From a bacterium UBP6_UBA1209 (GTDB lineage: Bacteria > UBP6 > UBA1177), in contig DBXP01000004.1 in assembly GCA_002309575.1 (NCBI GenBank), forward strand, positions 4,077 to 68,076: a stretch of DNA of 64,000 nt, read 5' to 3'. Each line of letters opens with the position of its first letter. Position 1 is the stretch's first letter. Position numbers and translations under genes: made by a program. The notes below the pieces were generated by a model. That model saw only the letters and a list, made by a program, of their open reading frames with translations, was not told the DNA's origin and ran no database searches. Shown one piece after another: positions 9,491-19,025 of the stretch.

Positions 9491-9607
9491 GTTCCACCTC
9501 GTTAATAATGATTAAAACATGGCATTGTAGTGCATAAATTAATCGAAAACAAGTTTTAGATGCTTGTTATTTTCCCTTCATCCGTCAATTTCATCAATTT
9601 ATTCATC

Positions 9608-11671
9608 TTATTCCAAATCCCTTACGCAGTGAACCATTCCGCCGTCATTCATCTTATCAGCAGACAATATTGACTCCACTGGCACTAAAAACAGCACAAA
9701 AGCTTGTTCCTGAAGATCAGAACGGACAGATGAAGACCATTTAAAATCATGGTGCAGCAGGAGTTCTTCATCCGAATAATAAGTGGATCTGCAGTTTTCA
9801 AGGCAGTTTTCTGACAGACAGCCGCCTTTTTCGCTGACTTTACACGGGCCGTTCGTTTTGACATTATCAGATAAGGATACGATGGTTCTAAGTTCGTCGA
9901 TGTCAGGAAGTCTCCAGTTTTTATAGCCTGAATAGTCAAGATCTTCGCAGTATTTTTTCGCATTTTCCCATTTCATGCGACGCTGTTCCGGTAGCGCCCA
10001 CATGAACTTTTGTGAAGAATTTATGCACGGGAACCCGTTGCGGACACTGCAGTCTCCCACAGGCAGACACTTGTTGTCGGAGTTGAAATAATCATGTTTG
10101 CAGCCGCAGGTATATTCGTAAAAACTGGTTGCCACGCATGTCCCGTCACCGCCTTCCAAACCTTCACATTTTTCGCACGGGGTCATGCATCCGCTGCTGA
10201 TGTGGAAATAACCTTCTTCACACTGGCAGTATGCTTCATTCATAAAGCTGTCGGTCTCGCATTTTCCTGTAGAAAGTTCAGCGTCGGCGCACATATCCTC
10301 AGTACACTGTTCCACGCACGCTCCGGAATCATCTTTTCCGAATCCGTCAATGCAGGTGCAGCCGTCTTCTTTTAGAAAAAGTTCCGCATAAGAAGCGCAT
10401 TTTTCGCCGGTCCAGAGATGACCATCGCCGCACGGATTGGATGCGACGCACGCGACATTCATCGTATTCTTTTTACTTTCAATCACAGAATAGACAGATT
10501 GCCCGTTTGTCCAGGCGGAAGAGGGACTTCCTTCGACAGTGGAGGAAGACCATAAACCGCTGGTGCTGTAAAGTGTTGCAACTTCATTTTTGTTCGGCAG
10601 CCTCCAGTCGGAGATCCCTGCGTAAGTCAGATGCTCGCAGTAGTAGAGCGCGTCCCCCCAGTTTTTGCCAGAAACAGGTTCTTCCTGAAGAACAAGTCCA
10701 TGCTGGACGTTGTTTCGGATTTTATAACCGTCTCCAGAGAAAACCTGCCGGTAACTGCAGTGATCGAGACGCTTTTCAGCCGTTCTGACGCACCTGAACC
10801 ATGTATTTTCTCTCGGTGTACTTTGGGAATTTCCTGCAATACCGTTCTTAAAATCGATAAAGTGATAGTAAGTCACAGATGAATGACCTGCCGGCTGACG
10901 ACTGATATAGGTGAAAAAATATTCAGGCTGAGTATCGGGGAAATAGGTCTTGTCTATCGCCGGATTTGAGTACCCGATGTCGACCAGCGACAAGAGATCG
11001 GAATCAGTCGGATTTTTCCAGTCATAGTAACCTCCGAGCGGCGTTATGGAACTGCAATGTTTTTCAGCATATTGATCCCAGTTATATTCGTGCTGTTCAA
11101 GCGAGCTTTTTCTCTGCCACTCAAGCCCGGTGTTGTTGTCAACGACCGTTTCGCCGTCGTCGTACTGTTTGATGGTGTAGCTTCTCGGAACACATTTCCC
11201 CGCTTTCGCATATTGAGCATCCTGACCGTAGAAAGTTTTGCCCTCTTTCGGACATTCTATCTCCTGCTTCATGTCGTAGCACTTCGTCTGACCGGTGCAG
11301 ACTGTGCCGTAAAAGTTCGTAACGGGGAGGCATTTCTGCTCGCTGCTGAACCAGACATAGCTGCTTTTGCACTCGCAGGCATAACCTTTTCCTGACGCAA
11401 GACATTTTCCCGTCGAATTTTCAACACCTTTGCAAGGCTCGCCTTCACACGGATCCGGCTTTGGTTCTATGTCAGGATCGTTTCCCGGCGTATCGGAATC
11501 ATCATAATGTTCTGTATCGGTTTCATCATCATCGGCAAAATCTTCATCATCCATAACATCCTCATCACTGTCAGGCAGAACCGCCGCCACATCATCGTCA
11601 ACAGGCGTTTTTGAACCGCCGCCGCACGAAATAAAAAGGAAAATCAGCAGAAAGGAAAGAAGAGTTTTCAT
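9608..11671 (-). CDS. large secreted lipoprotein with three DUF1566 domains, EGF-like Cys-rich modules and poly-acidic N-terminal linker
   Basis: Signal and lipobox LLIFLFISCGGG. D/E-rich linker. Repeated DUF1566 signatures (YYDWKNPTDSDLLSLV; GISDWRLPNKNEVATLY; YKNWRLPDIDELRTIV) each ending in a C-V-R-type motif. Many CxxC/C-x-C EGF-like spacers. Confidence 0.8.
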   Translation of the reverse strand: MKTLLSFLLIFLFISCGGGSKTPVDDDVAAVLPDSDEDVMDDEDFADDDETDTEHYDDSDTPGNDPDIEPKPDPCEGEPCKGVENSTGKCLASGKGYACECKSSYVWFSSEQKCLPVTNFYGTVCTGQTKCYDMKQEIECPKEGKTFYGQDAQYAKAGKCVPRSYTIKQYDDGETVVDNNTGLEWQRKSSLEQHEYNWDQYAEKHCSSITPLGGYYDWKNPTDSDLLSLVDIGYSNPAIDKTYFPDTQPEYFFTYISRQPAGHSSVTYYHFIDFKNGIAGNSQSTPRENTWFRCVRTAEKRLDHCSYRQVFSGDGYKIRNNVQHGLVLQEEPVSGKNWGDALYYCEHLTYAGISDWRLPNKNEVATLYSTSGLWSSSTVEGSPSSAWTNGQSVYSVIESKKNTMNVACVASNPCGDGHLWTGEKCASYAELFLKEDGCTCIDGFGKDDSGACVEQCTEDMCADAELSTGKCETDSFMNEAYCQCEEGYFHISSGCMTPCEKCEGLEGGDGTCVATSFYEYTCGCKHDYFNSDNKCLPVGDCSVRNGFPCINSSQKFMWALPEQRRMKWENAKKYCEDLDYSGYKNWRLPDIDELRTIVSLSDNVKTNGPCKVSEKGGCLSENCLENCRSTYYSDEELLLHHDFKWSSSVRSDLQEQAFVLFLVPVESILSADKMNDGGMVHCVRDLE

Positions 11672-11780
11672 GACGGGACCTCACGAAAATTAAACAAAAA
11701 CGAGAAATATTATAGTGATATCAAAGTGGAAAAAAAGGAGATGTCTGCAACTACCTGACAGAAATTGCCCCGGCCTTTGT

Positions 11781-13118
11781 TTAAAGGCACATTGCCATGT
11801 AAAGCGGAAGATGCAGAATTCCGTCTTTTTCGGCGACATCTTTCGGGTAAAGAATGTAAGGAGTGCCGGTTTTTGCAGAAAATTTCCTCAAGAATTTGTC
11901 AAGCGATGCGTGGGAGCGGTAAGAAGCTGATTTTACTTCTATCGGTGAGATTTTTTTGCCGTTTGCGATAAGGAAGTCGATTTCTATGTGATTTTCCCGA
12001 TGAAGGTTGTCGCTTCGCGAGTAAAAATAGAGTTTATGACCGTTTGTGCGAAGCATCTGCGCCACGATGTTTTCCATGATCATCCCTTCGTTGATATCGA
12101 TTTTATCGAAGAGAACCGCCTTGTAGAGCTCGTTTGCGGTGTAGGATTTATCCATAAAAGTTAGCGTTACAAGAAGTCCTGTATCAGCCATGTAGTATTT
12201 CTGCGTCGAGTGTTCAGATGTCAGGGCAAGCCCGATGTTGGGATCTGTCGAATTGTAGCAGGAATTCGTGACCATAGCCTCGTTGAGCCAGATGAAAGAA
12301 TCCTCGTAACTTCTGAAACGGGCATTTTTGTCGATTGCGGAAAAAGTGTATTTTTTTTCCTTTTTTGAGAGCTGTCCGGGAATTTCGTCAAAAACTGCGT
12401 AAACTTTTTCCTCATACCCTGCCGCAAATTTGGAAATATCGTCGCGGTAAAGGCGTAAAATCTTTCTTTTTGCTTCGTCAGCTGCGGCAAAATCCTTTTC
12501 TTTGAGATATGCAAGGACTGACTGCGGCATTCCCCCTACAAGGGCATACTGCCTGAAATCATTCATTATTTTTCTGTGAAGCGCCTGACCTAACGGTTTC
12601 TTTTCTTCAAAACACTGCCGTATTAAAGGAAGTGTCGCCTCATCGCCCATGGCCCAGAGAAATTCCTCAAAATCAAGCGGAAACATCTCGACATGCTCTT
12701 CTTCCGACGGAATTATAATGTTTTCGGTGTTCTTTTTCAGCCTGATCAGCGAACCTGTTTCCATATAGTCATAACGCCCGTCAGCAACCAGATATTTTAT
12801 CAGCTGGCGTGCTCTCGGAAACTGCTGGACCTCGTCAAAAACGATCAGAGAGTCTCTTTCATAAAGTTTTGTAGAATAAAAAGATGAAAGTTTTGCTAAA
12901 AAAAAGTCGAGATTCGAACTTTCGTTTTCAAAAAGAGCAGTTATTTCCGGCGACACATTGCCGAAATCTATAATGATATGGCTTTTATACTCATGCTTTG
13001 CAAACAGACTTGCGATATAACTTTTTCCAACACGCCGTGCACCGTCAATAAGGAGAGCCGAAGAACCGCCGGACTTCGTTTTCCACTCAAGCATTTTCTG
13101 ATAAATTTTTCTTTTCAT
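11781..13118 (-). CDS. AAA+ ATPase, DUF4143-containing (COG1373-type ATP-binding protein)
   Basis: Walker A GARRVGKS in N-terminal AAA_14-like region. C-terminal DUF4143-like region. 445 aa. Confidence 0.8.
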   Translation of the reverse strand: MKRKIYQKMLEWKTKSGGSSALLIDGARRVGKSYIASLFAKHEYKSHIIIDFGNVSPEITALFENESSNLDFFLAKLSSFYSTKLYERDSLIVFDEVQQFPRARQLIKYLVADGRYDYMETGSLIRLKKNTENIIIPSEEEHVEMFPLDFEEFLWAMGDEATLPLIRQCFEEKKPLGQALHRKIMNDFRQYALVGGMPQSVLAYLKEKDFAAADEAKRKILRLYRDDISKFAAGYEEKVYAVFDEIPGQLSKKEKKYTFSAIDKNARFRSYEDSFIWLNEAMVTNSCYNSTDPNIGLALTSEHSTQKYYMADTGLLVTLTFMDKSYTANELYKAVLFDKIDINEGMIMENIVAQMLRTNGHKLYFYSRSDNLHRENHIEIDFLIANGKKISPIEVKSASYRSHASLDKFLRKFSAKTGTPYILYPKDVAEKDGILHLPLYMAMCL

Positions 13119-13168
13119 AATAAGCCTCGCAAGAACTTAATAAAATCAGCATCATAATAGTTAAGAAT

Positions 13169-13270
13169 CACGAAAAAGCAAGTTGTCTAACGCCGATTTT
13201 GCACGAAAAAGCAAGTTCGGAAACGCTGATTTTGCACGAAAAAGCAAGTTAAAAAGTGCAAATTTTCACA
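13169..13270. repeat. 3.5 tandem copies of a 33-bp direct repeat (core GATTTTGCACGAAAAAGCAAGTT) in promoter region of the AAA+ ATPase gene
   Basis: Core copies at 13169-13184, 13195-13217 and 13228-13250 with exact 33-bp periodicity, plus a degenerate copy at ~13258-13270. Confidence 0.75.
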
Positions 13271-13345
13271 ATTACACCATGTTTTTAAGGCTCATTTTTC
13301 ACGATTTCGCTGGTGATTGTGGAACAAAAATAAATGGGACAGATC

Positions 13346-13804
13346 TTATCCTTTGACCGTTCTGAGGACCTCGGCTGCGTGACCTGCTGCCTTAACTTTG
13401 TTGAAAATATGAGAGATTTTGCCGTCGTTTTCGATGACATAGGTTGTCCGGACGACGCCCATGTGTTCCTTCCCGCACATTTTTTTGAGCTGCCATACAC
13501 CGAACTGGTTCAGTACCTCCTTGTCCTGATCGGAGAGCAGGATGATCTTGAGCCCTTGTTTTTCTTCAAATTTGAGGTGCGAAGCAGGGGAGTCAGGGCT
13601 TACTCCGAGGACAACGGTGTTCTCTTTTTTGAACTCCGGAAGAAGTTCTGTGAATTCCTTTGCCTCAAGCGTGCAGCCGGATGTGTTGTCTTTCGGATAA
13701 AAATAGAGAACAATTCTGTAGCCCGAAAAATCCGAGAGCTTTATCTCGGTACCGTGAGAATCCGTAAGCCTGAAATCAGGCGCCTTGTCACCGATGTTAA
13801 GCAT
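13346..13804 (-). CDS. bcp: thioredoxin-dependent peroxiredoxin Bcp
   Basis: GDKAPDF...YFYPKDNTSGCT peroxidatic Cys motif. 152 aa. Confidence 0.9.
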   Translation of the reverse strand: MLNIGDKAPDFRLTDSHGTEIKLSDFSGYRIVLYFYPKDNTSGCTLEAKEFTELLPEFKKENTVVLGVSPDSPASHLKFEEKQGLKIILLSDQDKEVLNQFGVWQLKKMCGKEHMGVVRTTYVIENDGKISHIFNKVKAAGHAAEVLRTVKG

Positions 13805-13805
13805 G

Positions 13806-14576
13806 TTAGTGAATCTCCTTTACGTTGAAAAGCGCGACTGCTACCGAGAGGATTATAGCGACCCAGAGCAGCGCGTAAAATGTTGCAAAACCTATGCTCA
13901 GCTGATCGATCCCGACTGAGTAGACGAGGTTGTCCTTGATATTGAAGTGCGAAAAGTCAGGCAGGATGTAGCGGAGCGCGTTCACAACCTTTATCGTGAA
14001 CTCCGAAGATCTTTTGGTGATCGCATAGACCAGGTTGTAAGAGGTCGCGCCGATGATGTAAAACGAAATCGTAAGCATTGCTGCAACTGCCTGTTCTGTC
14101 AGCGTCGAGCAGAGAACTGCCGCAGCAATGACGGTCGTCGTCTGCAAAAAGATGGTGTAAAATGCCGGGATGAAGGTGATGAAACGGCCTGCTCCGCCGT
14201 AGATGAAGAGCAGGATCGCAAAAATCACCGCCATGAGCGCGATCTCCACAATGATCATGAGCGACATACCGCAGAATTTGCCGATTATGTACTCCGCCCT
14301 GGATATTGGACGTGCCAAAAGCGGGTGGAGAGTCTTTTCCTTAAGCTCTTTGCGAACGAGCGAAATACCCATGAAAATTGATAAAACAGTCGAGAAGATC
14401 TCTATTGTTCCAAGACCGATATCGCTGATGATGTCGAGCTCGCTTCCGATTGTCATCTGTGTGATGCCGATGCCGATAGCTATGATGAAAATCGCAAAAA
14501 AGAGCAACAGATACAGCACCTTGTCTCGAATCATCTCAAGAAATGTGTAGTATGCGACAGCTAATATTCTGCTCAT
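13806..14576 (-). CDS. ABC-2 type transporter permease
   Basis: Six predicted TM helices. Immediately downstream of the ABC ATPase (2-nt gap). Confidence 0.75.
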   Translation of the reverse strand: MSRILAVAYYTFLEMIRDKVLYLLLFFAIFIIAIGIGITQMTIGSELDIISDIGLGTIEIFSTVLSIFMGISLVRKELKEKTLHPLLARPISRAEYIIGKFCGMSLMIIVEIALMAVIFAILLFIYGGAGRFITFIPAFYTIFLQTTTVIAAAVLCSTLTEQAVAAMLTISFYIIGATSYNLVYAITKRSSEFTIKVVNALRYILPDFSHFNIKDNLVYSVGIDQLSIGFATFYALLWVAIILSVAVALFNVKEIH

Positions 14577-14578
14577 TT

Positions 14579-15499
14579 TTATTCTCCGGAAGTATTAAAA
14601 ACGATCTCTTCGAGCGAAGGATAATCCGCCTTCGCGCTGTAAATCTTGAATCCGCGCTTGACGATGTCCGTAATCTTATCGTTGAAGTCATTGATGTCGC
14701 TGCACTCCAGCAGATACCTGTCGGAAACGATCCTTACACCTGCGAAAAGCGAGAAAATCGTTTCTGTCATCGGTTCCGGGGTTGCAAACTCGATTGTGTA
14801 TTTGACATGCGACGGTCTGACGAAATCGGCAATTTTTCCGAAATATTTGAGGTGACCGTGGTCAATGATCAGAACCCTGTCCGAGAGATTTTCGATGTCG
14901 TTAAGGATATGGCTTGAAAAGAGAACGCTCTTGCCTTCGTGCTTGAGTGAGCGGATTATCTCCATGACTTCATGACGGCCGAGCGGGTCAAGTCCGCTCA
15001 TCGGTTCGTCCATGATGACAAGTTCAGGGTCGTGGATCAGCGCCTGAGCAAGGCCGATCCTCTGCAGCATACCCTTAGAATAGCTTGAAAGGCGGCGATC
15101 CTTTGCATCGAAAAGCCCGACCTTTTTCAGAACGCTCTCGGCTCTGCTGCGGATAAGGCTGCTCTTCATTCCTGAAAGAGCGCCGAAATATTTCAGAAGT
15201 TCCATAGAAGTAAGCTGCGAATAGAAATAGGGCCTCTCCGGCAGGAATCCGATCTTATGTTTGATAATGCGGTCTCCCGGGTTTTGACCGAAAACCGAGA
15301 TCGTTCCGCTTGTCTGCGATATAAAGCCCATGATCATCTTGATCGTGGTAGTCTTTCCGGCGCCGTTATGACCTACAAAACCTATGATTTCGCCCTGTTC
15401 CATGGAAAAAGAGAGGTTCTTTACCGACTCGATTTTTTGCCAGACCTTCATCGGGTGGTTAAAAACCTTTGTTACGTTGTTGAGTTCTATTGGCCTCAT
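14579..15499 (-). CDS. ABC transporter ATP-binding protein
   Basis: Walker A GHNGAGKTT, signature LSSYSKGMLQR and Walker B LVIMDEP. Start at MRPIELN with GGAGGAG SD upstream; the listed ORF extends upstream in frame. Confidence 0.9.
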   Translation of the reverse strand: MRPIELNNVTKVFNHPMKVWQKIESVKNLSFSMEQGEIIGFVGHNGAGKTTTIKMIMGFISQTSGTISVFGQNPGDRIIKHKIGFLPERPYFYSQLTSMELLKYFGALSGMKSSLIRSRAESVLKKVGLFDAKDRRLSSYSKGMLQRIGLAQALIHDPELVIMDEPMSGLDPLGRHEVMEIIRSLKHEGKSVLFSSHILNDIENLSDRVLIIDHGHLKYFGKIADFVRPSHVKYTIEFATPEPMTETIFSLFAGVRIVSDRYLLECSDINDFNDKITDIVKRGFKIYSAKADYPSLEEIVFNTSGE

Positions 15500-15826
15500 A
15501 AATAACTCCTCCAAAATTTCCGCATAAATTAAGGTATAAGGTGAAAAAGTCAAACAGGTTTTTATGGGGTTGAAGAGTTGAGATAAGCGCTTTTCAATTT
15601 AAGGACTCAGACATTCTTTGGTAAAGACCAATATCAGGATTATTGCCTGTTTTCTACAAGCAGATCCGGAAAGAGGCTATATCGACATTTAAGACCACGC
15701 TGATGAAGAAAAAAAACGAAACTTACAATAACTAAAAAAAAACGGCACTTTGTGCAATTAAGCTATTGTGTTTTTGTTTAATTTGCCGAAAATAGAATGT
15801 TTATGGTCATTTTTTAGGAGGATATC

Positions 15827-18781
15827 ATGTCAAAATTTTTGAAGACTTTAATAATTTTAGCCGGCTTTGCTCTGTTTTTTGTCGCTTGCGGCAGTTCTGG
15901 AAGCAATGAATCAGGCACAGATATCACAGATGCAGATAATGAGCAGGTGGTTTTTGACGGAGACGGAAACGAAGAATTCATTACCGTCGGTGCTTCTTCG
16001 GGTGATGCCAACAAAGGCGGCGAGGACTATGCCGAAGACGAAGCTACGTCGGATGCCGGTGATACGGAAGCGCCTGCAGGTGATGACGGCGGAAACGCGG
16101 AGCGTGAAATCGTCGAATCGGATATCTACAAATTCGACGGAAACGTTCTCTGGCTCGCGAACCAGCACAAAGGCCTTATCGCTGTCGATATAAAAGATCC
16201 GGAACACTTGAAGATCCTCGGAACTCTCAAATTCCAGGGATATGTCGGCGAGATGTACCTTCAGGAAGGACGCGCTTACGTTCTTGTAAGCTATACGAAT
16301 TCGAGCTATGAATACGGCGAGATCTACTATTCCAACAAGACTTATTCAAAACTTATGGTCGTAAATACCGAAGATCCTGAAGATCCGGAACTTCTGGGTG
16401 AATTCGAGATCGAGGGCTGGATCACCGATTCGAGACAGGTCGGAGACGTAATTTATGTCGCTTCTACGGAATACACCTATTATTGGTACGGATGCGACGG
16501 CGACGAAGGCTATTCGGGAAAAGACCAGATCTCGATCATGTCGATCAACATCAAAGATCCGAAAAAGATAAAGATGGTCGACAAAGTCGCTCTTGACGGG
16601 TACAGCTACACGCTTTACGTCTCGCAGAAGTCGATCTATGTCGCGGAAGCCGATTCTTACTATTGGTACGAGGATTACACAGACGGCTATCCGATAACGA
16701 TGTTCGATATCAGCGACCCTGAAGGAAAAATCGTCAAAAAAGCCGAGTTCAAGACTGACGGTTTTATGAGTGACCGCTGGAAAATGCACGAAGCAGGTGG
16801 CAAATTCTTCGCTGTCAGTTCTTCTTCGCAGTGGGGCAACGGCGATTCCTTTATTGAAAGTTTCGATGTCAGCGATCCGGCGGATGTCAGAAGACTCGAC
16901 AAGCTCGTTTTCATGACAGACCAGCAGCTTTATGGCACGAAATTCGAGGGCGACAGAATGTATGCCGTCACTTATTTCCAGCAAGATCCGCTTCATGTCA
17001 TCGACATTTCCGATCCTTCGAACCTCAAGCAGCTCGGCGAGCTTGAAGTCCCCGGCTGGTCAGATTTCATCGAAGTGAGAGGAACGAAGATCCTTGCGGT
17101 CGGACGTGACAACTCAAGATCCAAAATCAGTATGTACGATGTGTCAGACCCAGTAAACCCGAAGGAAATCAACACGGTCGAAGTAGGTTCAGACTACAGC
17201 TATAGCGAGGCGAACTACGACTGGAAAGCATTCAAAATCTTCGACGAACTCGGTCTCATCCTGCTTCCGATCACCGATTACGACTACGATTCGTGGGATT
17301 ATACTTACAAACTTTATCTTGTTGATTTCGACCTTGAAAAAGGTCTGAAAACACGCGGATTCATCGCTTCCGACAGCTATATAAGACGCGGTGTGGCGAT
17401 TCAGGACCTCATTTTCAGCATTGGCGAAAACCACCTTGTAACAGCTGACGCGAGCGACAGAGACAAACCGAAAGTCTTGTCGGAGCTCACGCTTGCATCC
17501 AATGTTTCCAACGTCGCAAAATGCGGGAAATCGCTCTGCAGCCTCTATGGATCGCAACTTTCCGTTTATGACAGGAACAACCTTGACAAACTGTGGGAAA
17601 GCAAACCTCTGGAGAACAAAAAATATTACTACAACATAAGAATGATCAAGAACAGCAGGTATGCCTATATCTATAATGATAGCTACCGCTGGTGGAACGA
17701 ATATGAATATACCGAACAGACACCGTCGGTCAAAGTCATAAAGTTTGCCGATAACGGCAAATTCGAAGAATCAGGTGACTTCCCGTTCGACGCAAGGATC
17801 GATAATTATTACTACGATGATAATAGGGTCGTTTCGGAAAATAACGTAATTGCAGCGGTTTCGTGGCAGGAAACAGTTGATGAGGAAGACACATTCGAAC
17901 TGAAAAGAAAAATCATGTTCTTTGACATGAACGATCCCGCAGATATAAAAGAGACTGATATCGATTTTGACTACGAAAACCTCAGTTACAAAACCAGTAT
18001 TTTCACTAACGGAAACACCTTCTGGACAAGCGGCTGCAAACTCAAAAAAGAGGATGAAAACGGCAATCAGTATCTTTGCTATGCGCTTTCATTCGATGCA
18101 GGCGATCCGAAGAATCCGAAAGCCGACAAAAAGGTCAATATCCCCGGCGAGCTTGTCGGAATAAGCGAAGACGGCAAATATCTTTACACAAAAACACCGG
18201 AATTTTACAGCTATGACGTTGACGAAGATTCTGAATCCAATGAATACTACTGGTCAAATTCAAGGGATTCCGACTTCTATATCCTGGAACTGAACGACAG
18301 CAAAACCGCTGTAAAGGTCATCAGAAAAGAGACTCTTTCCTATTCATACAGATACAACAGCAACGTGTATGAATCTGTTTATGACAGCGCCTATGCAAAA
18401 AATGATAAAGTTTTCTTCGTAAAAGCTTCTGCCGGCGAAGAATGGAACACCTGCTCCTACAGAACGGAACAACACTACGATGTCAGGATCGTTTCGGCAT
18501 CCGACGGCAATGAGACCTTCAGCAAATCGTTTGAAAATGCGAACTCAGCCTATGATGTCAATGACGGAGGTATCCTTCTTTCAACTCATGACGGCTGGAG
18601 ATACATAGCTCCGGACGGCAAGGAAAAATCTGGTGATGACAACCTTTCGTCGATTTCCTACTATGGCTACGACTACTACGATTCCTACCGTTATTACTAC
18701 GACACAAAGCCTCAGCTGATCGACGGAACGGTTTATGTCGCAGCCGATTGGGACGGCATCTATTCGCTCAAAGTCAAATAA
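15827..18781 (+). CDS. LVIVD-repeat beta-propeller lipoprotein (COG5276/Beta_propel-like), acidic N-terminal linker
   Basis: Lipobox LFFVACGSSG. Repeated LVIVD-type motifs: LIAVDIKDPEHL, ITMFDISDPEG, IESFDVSDPADV, LHVIDISDPSNL, ISMYDVSDPVNP. 984 aa. Confidence 0.8.
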   Translation: MSKFLKTLIILAGFALFFVACGSSGSNESGTDITDADNEQVVFDGDGNEEFITVGASSGDANKGGEDYAEDEATSDAGDTEAPAGDDGGNAEREIVESDIYKFDGNVLWLANQHKGLIAVDIKDPEHLKILGTLKFQGYVGEMYLQEGRAYVLVSYTNSSYEYGEIYYSNKTYSKLMVVNTEDPEDPELLGEFEIEGWITDSRQVGDVIYVASTEYTYYWYGCDGDEGYSGKDQISIMSINIKDPKKIKMVDKVALDGYSYTLYVSQKSIYVAEADSYYWYEDYTDGYPITMFDISDPEGKIVKKAEFKTDGFMSDRWKMHEAGGKFFAVSSSSQWGNGDSFIESFDVSDPADVRRLDKLVFMTDQQLYGTKFEGDRMYAVTYFQQDPLHVIDISDPSNLKQLGELEVPGWSDFIEVRGTKILAVGRDNSRSKISMYDVSDPVNPKEINTVEVGSDYSYSEANYDWKAFKIFDELGLILLPITDYDYDSWDYTYKLYLVDFDLEKGLKTRGFIASDSYIRRGVAIQDLIFSIGENHLVTADASDRDKPKVLSELTLASNVSNVAKCGKSLCSLYGSQLSVYDRNNLDKLWESKPLENKKYYYNIRMIKNSRYAYIYNDSYRWWNEYEYTEQTPSVKVIKFADNGKFEESGDFPFDARIDNYYYDDNRVVSENNVIAAVSWQETVDEEDTFELKRKIMFFDMNDPADIKETDIDFDYENLSYKTSIFTNGNTFWTSGCKLKKEDENGNQYLCYALSFDAGDPKNPKADKKVNIPGELVGISEDGKYLYTKTPEFYSYDVDEDSESNEYYWSNSRDSDFYILELNDSKTAVKVIRKETLSYSYRYNSNVYESVYDSAYAKNDKVFFVKASAGEEWNTCSYRTEQHYDVRIVSASDGNETFSKSFENANSAYDVNDGGILLSTHDGWRYIAPDGKEKSGDDNLSSISYYGYDYYDSYRYYYDTKPQLIDGTVYVAADWDGIYSLKVK

Positions 18782-18969
18782 ATCAAAAAAATAATGCCTC
18801 AGGATCGAGGCTGACCTCAACACTGTTTTTCATAAACCGGCTCTCCGGAAACTCCTCCATCTCTGTGTAAAATAGAAATCGAACTCTAAAACTGTCACTT
18901 TCCCCATCCTTTTCTGAATATCTCCGGGCAGACGAAAAATATTTCACCGAAACAGCAAAAAAAATTTGC

Positions 18970-19000
18970 CATGGGTCTTTCCGTGTGGTAAAAAATGGGT
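18970..19000 (+). promoter_or_regulatory. candidate MraZ operator: TGGG/GTGG direct repeats with 12-bp periodicity upstream of mraZ
   Basis: TGGG at 18972, TGTGG at 18984 and TGGG at 18996 (and TGG at 19017), 30-55 bp upstream of the mraZ ATG. Resembles the E. coli GTGGG repeat operator but with a longer period. Confidence 0.25.
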
Positions 19001-19025
19001 GTTTAGTTTGTAAAAATGGTGATAA

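Noticed and set aside
13169-13270. Possible CRISPR array
   Set aside because: There are only 3.5 repeats of 23 bp with ~10-nt unique segments (33-bp period). This is far shorter than CRISPR spacers, there are no cas genes, and it sits in a promoter region. I interpret it as a tandem regulatory repeat.
16346-16996. 216-aa minus-strand ORF (and other 60-120 aa ORFs 15867-17557)
   Set aside because: They lie inside the LVIVD lipoprotein gene on the opposite strand or in other frames, with no motifs.
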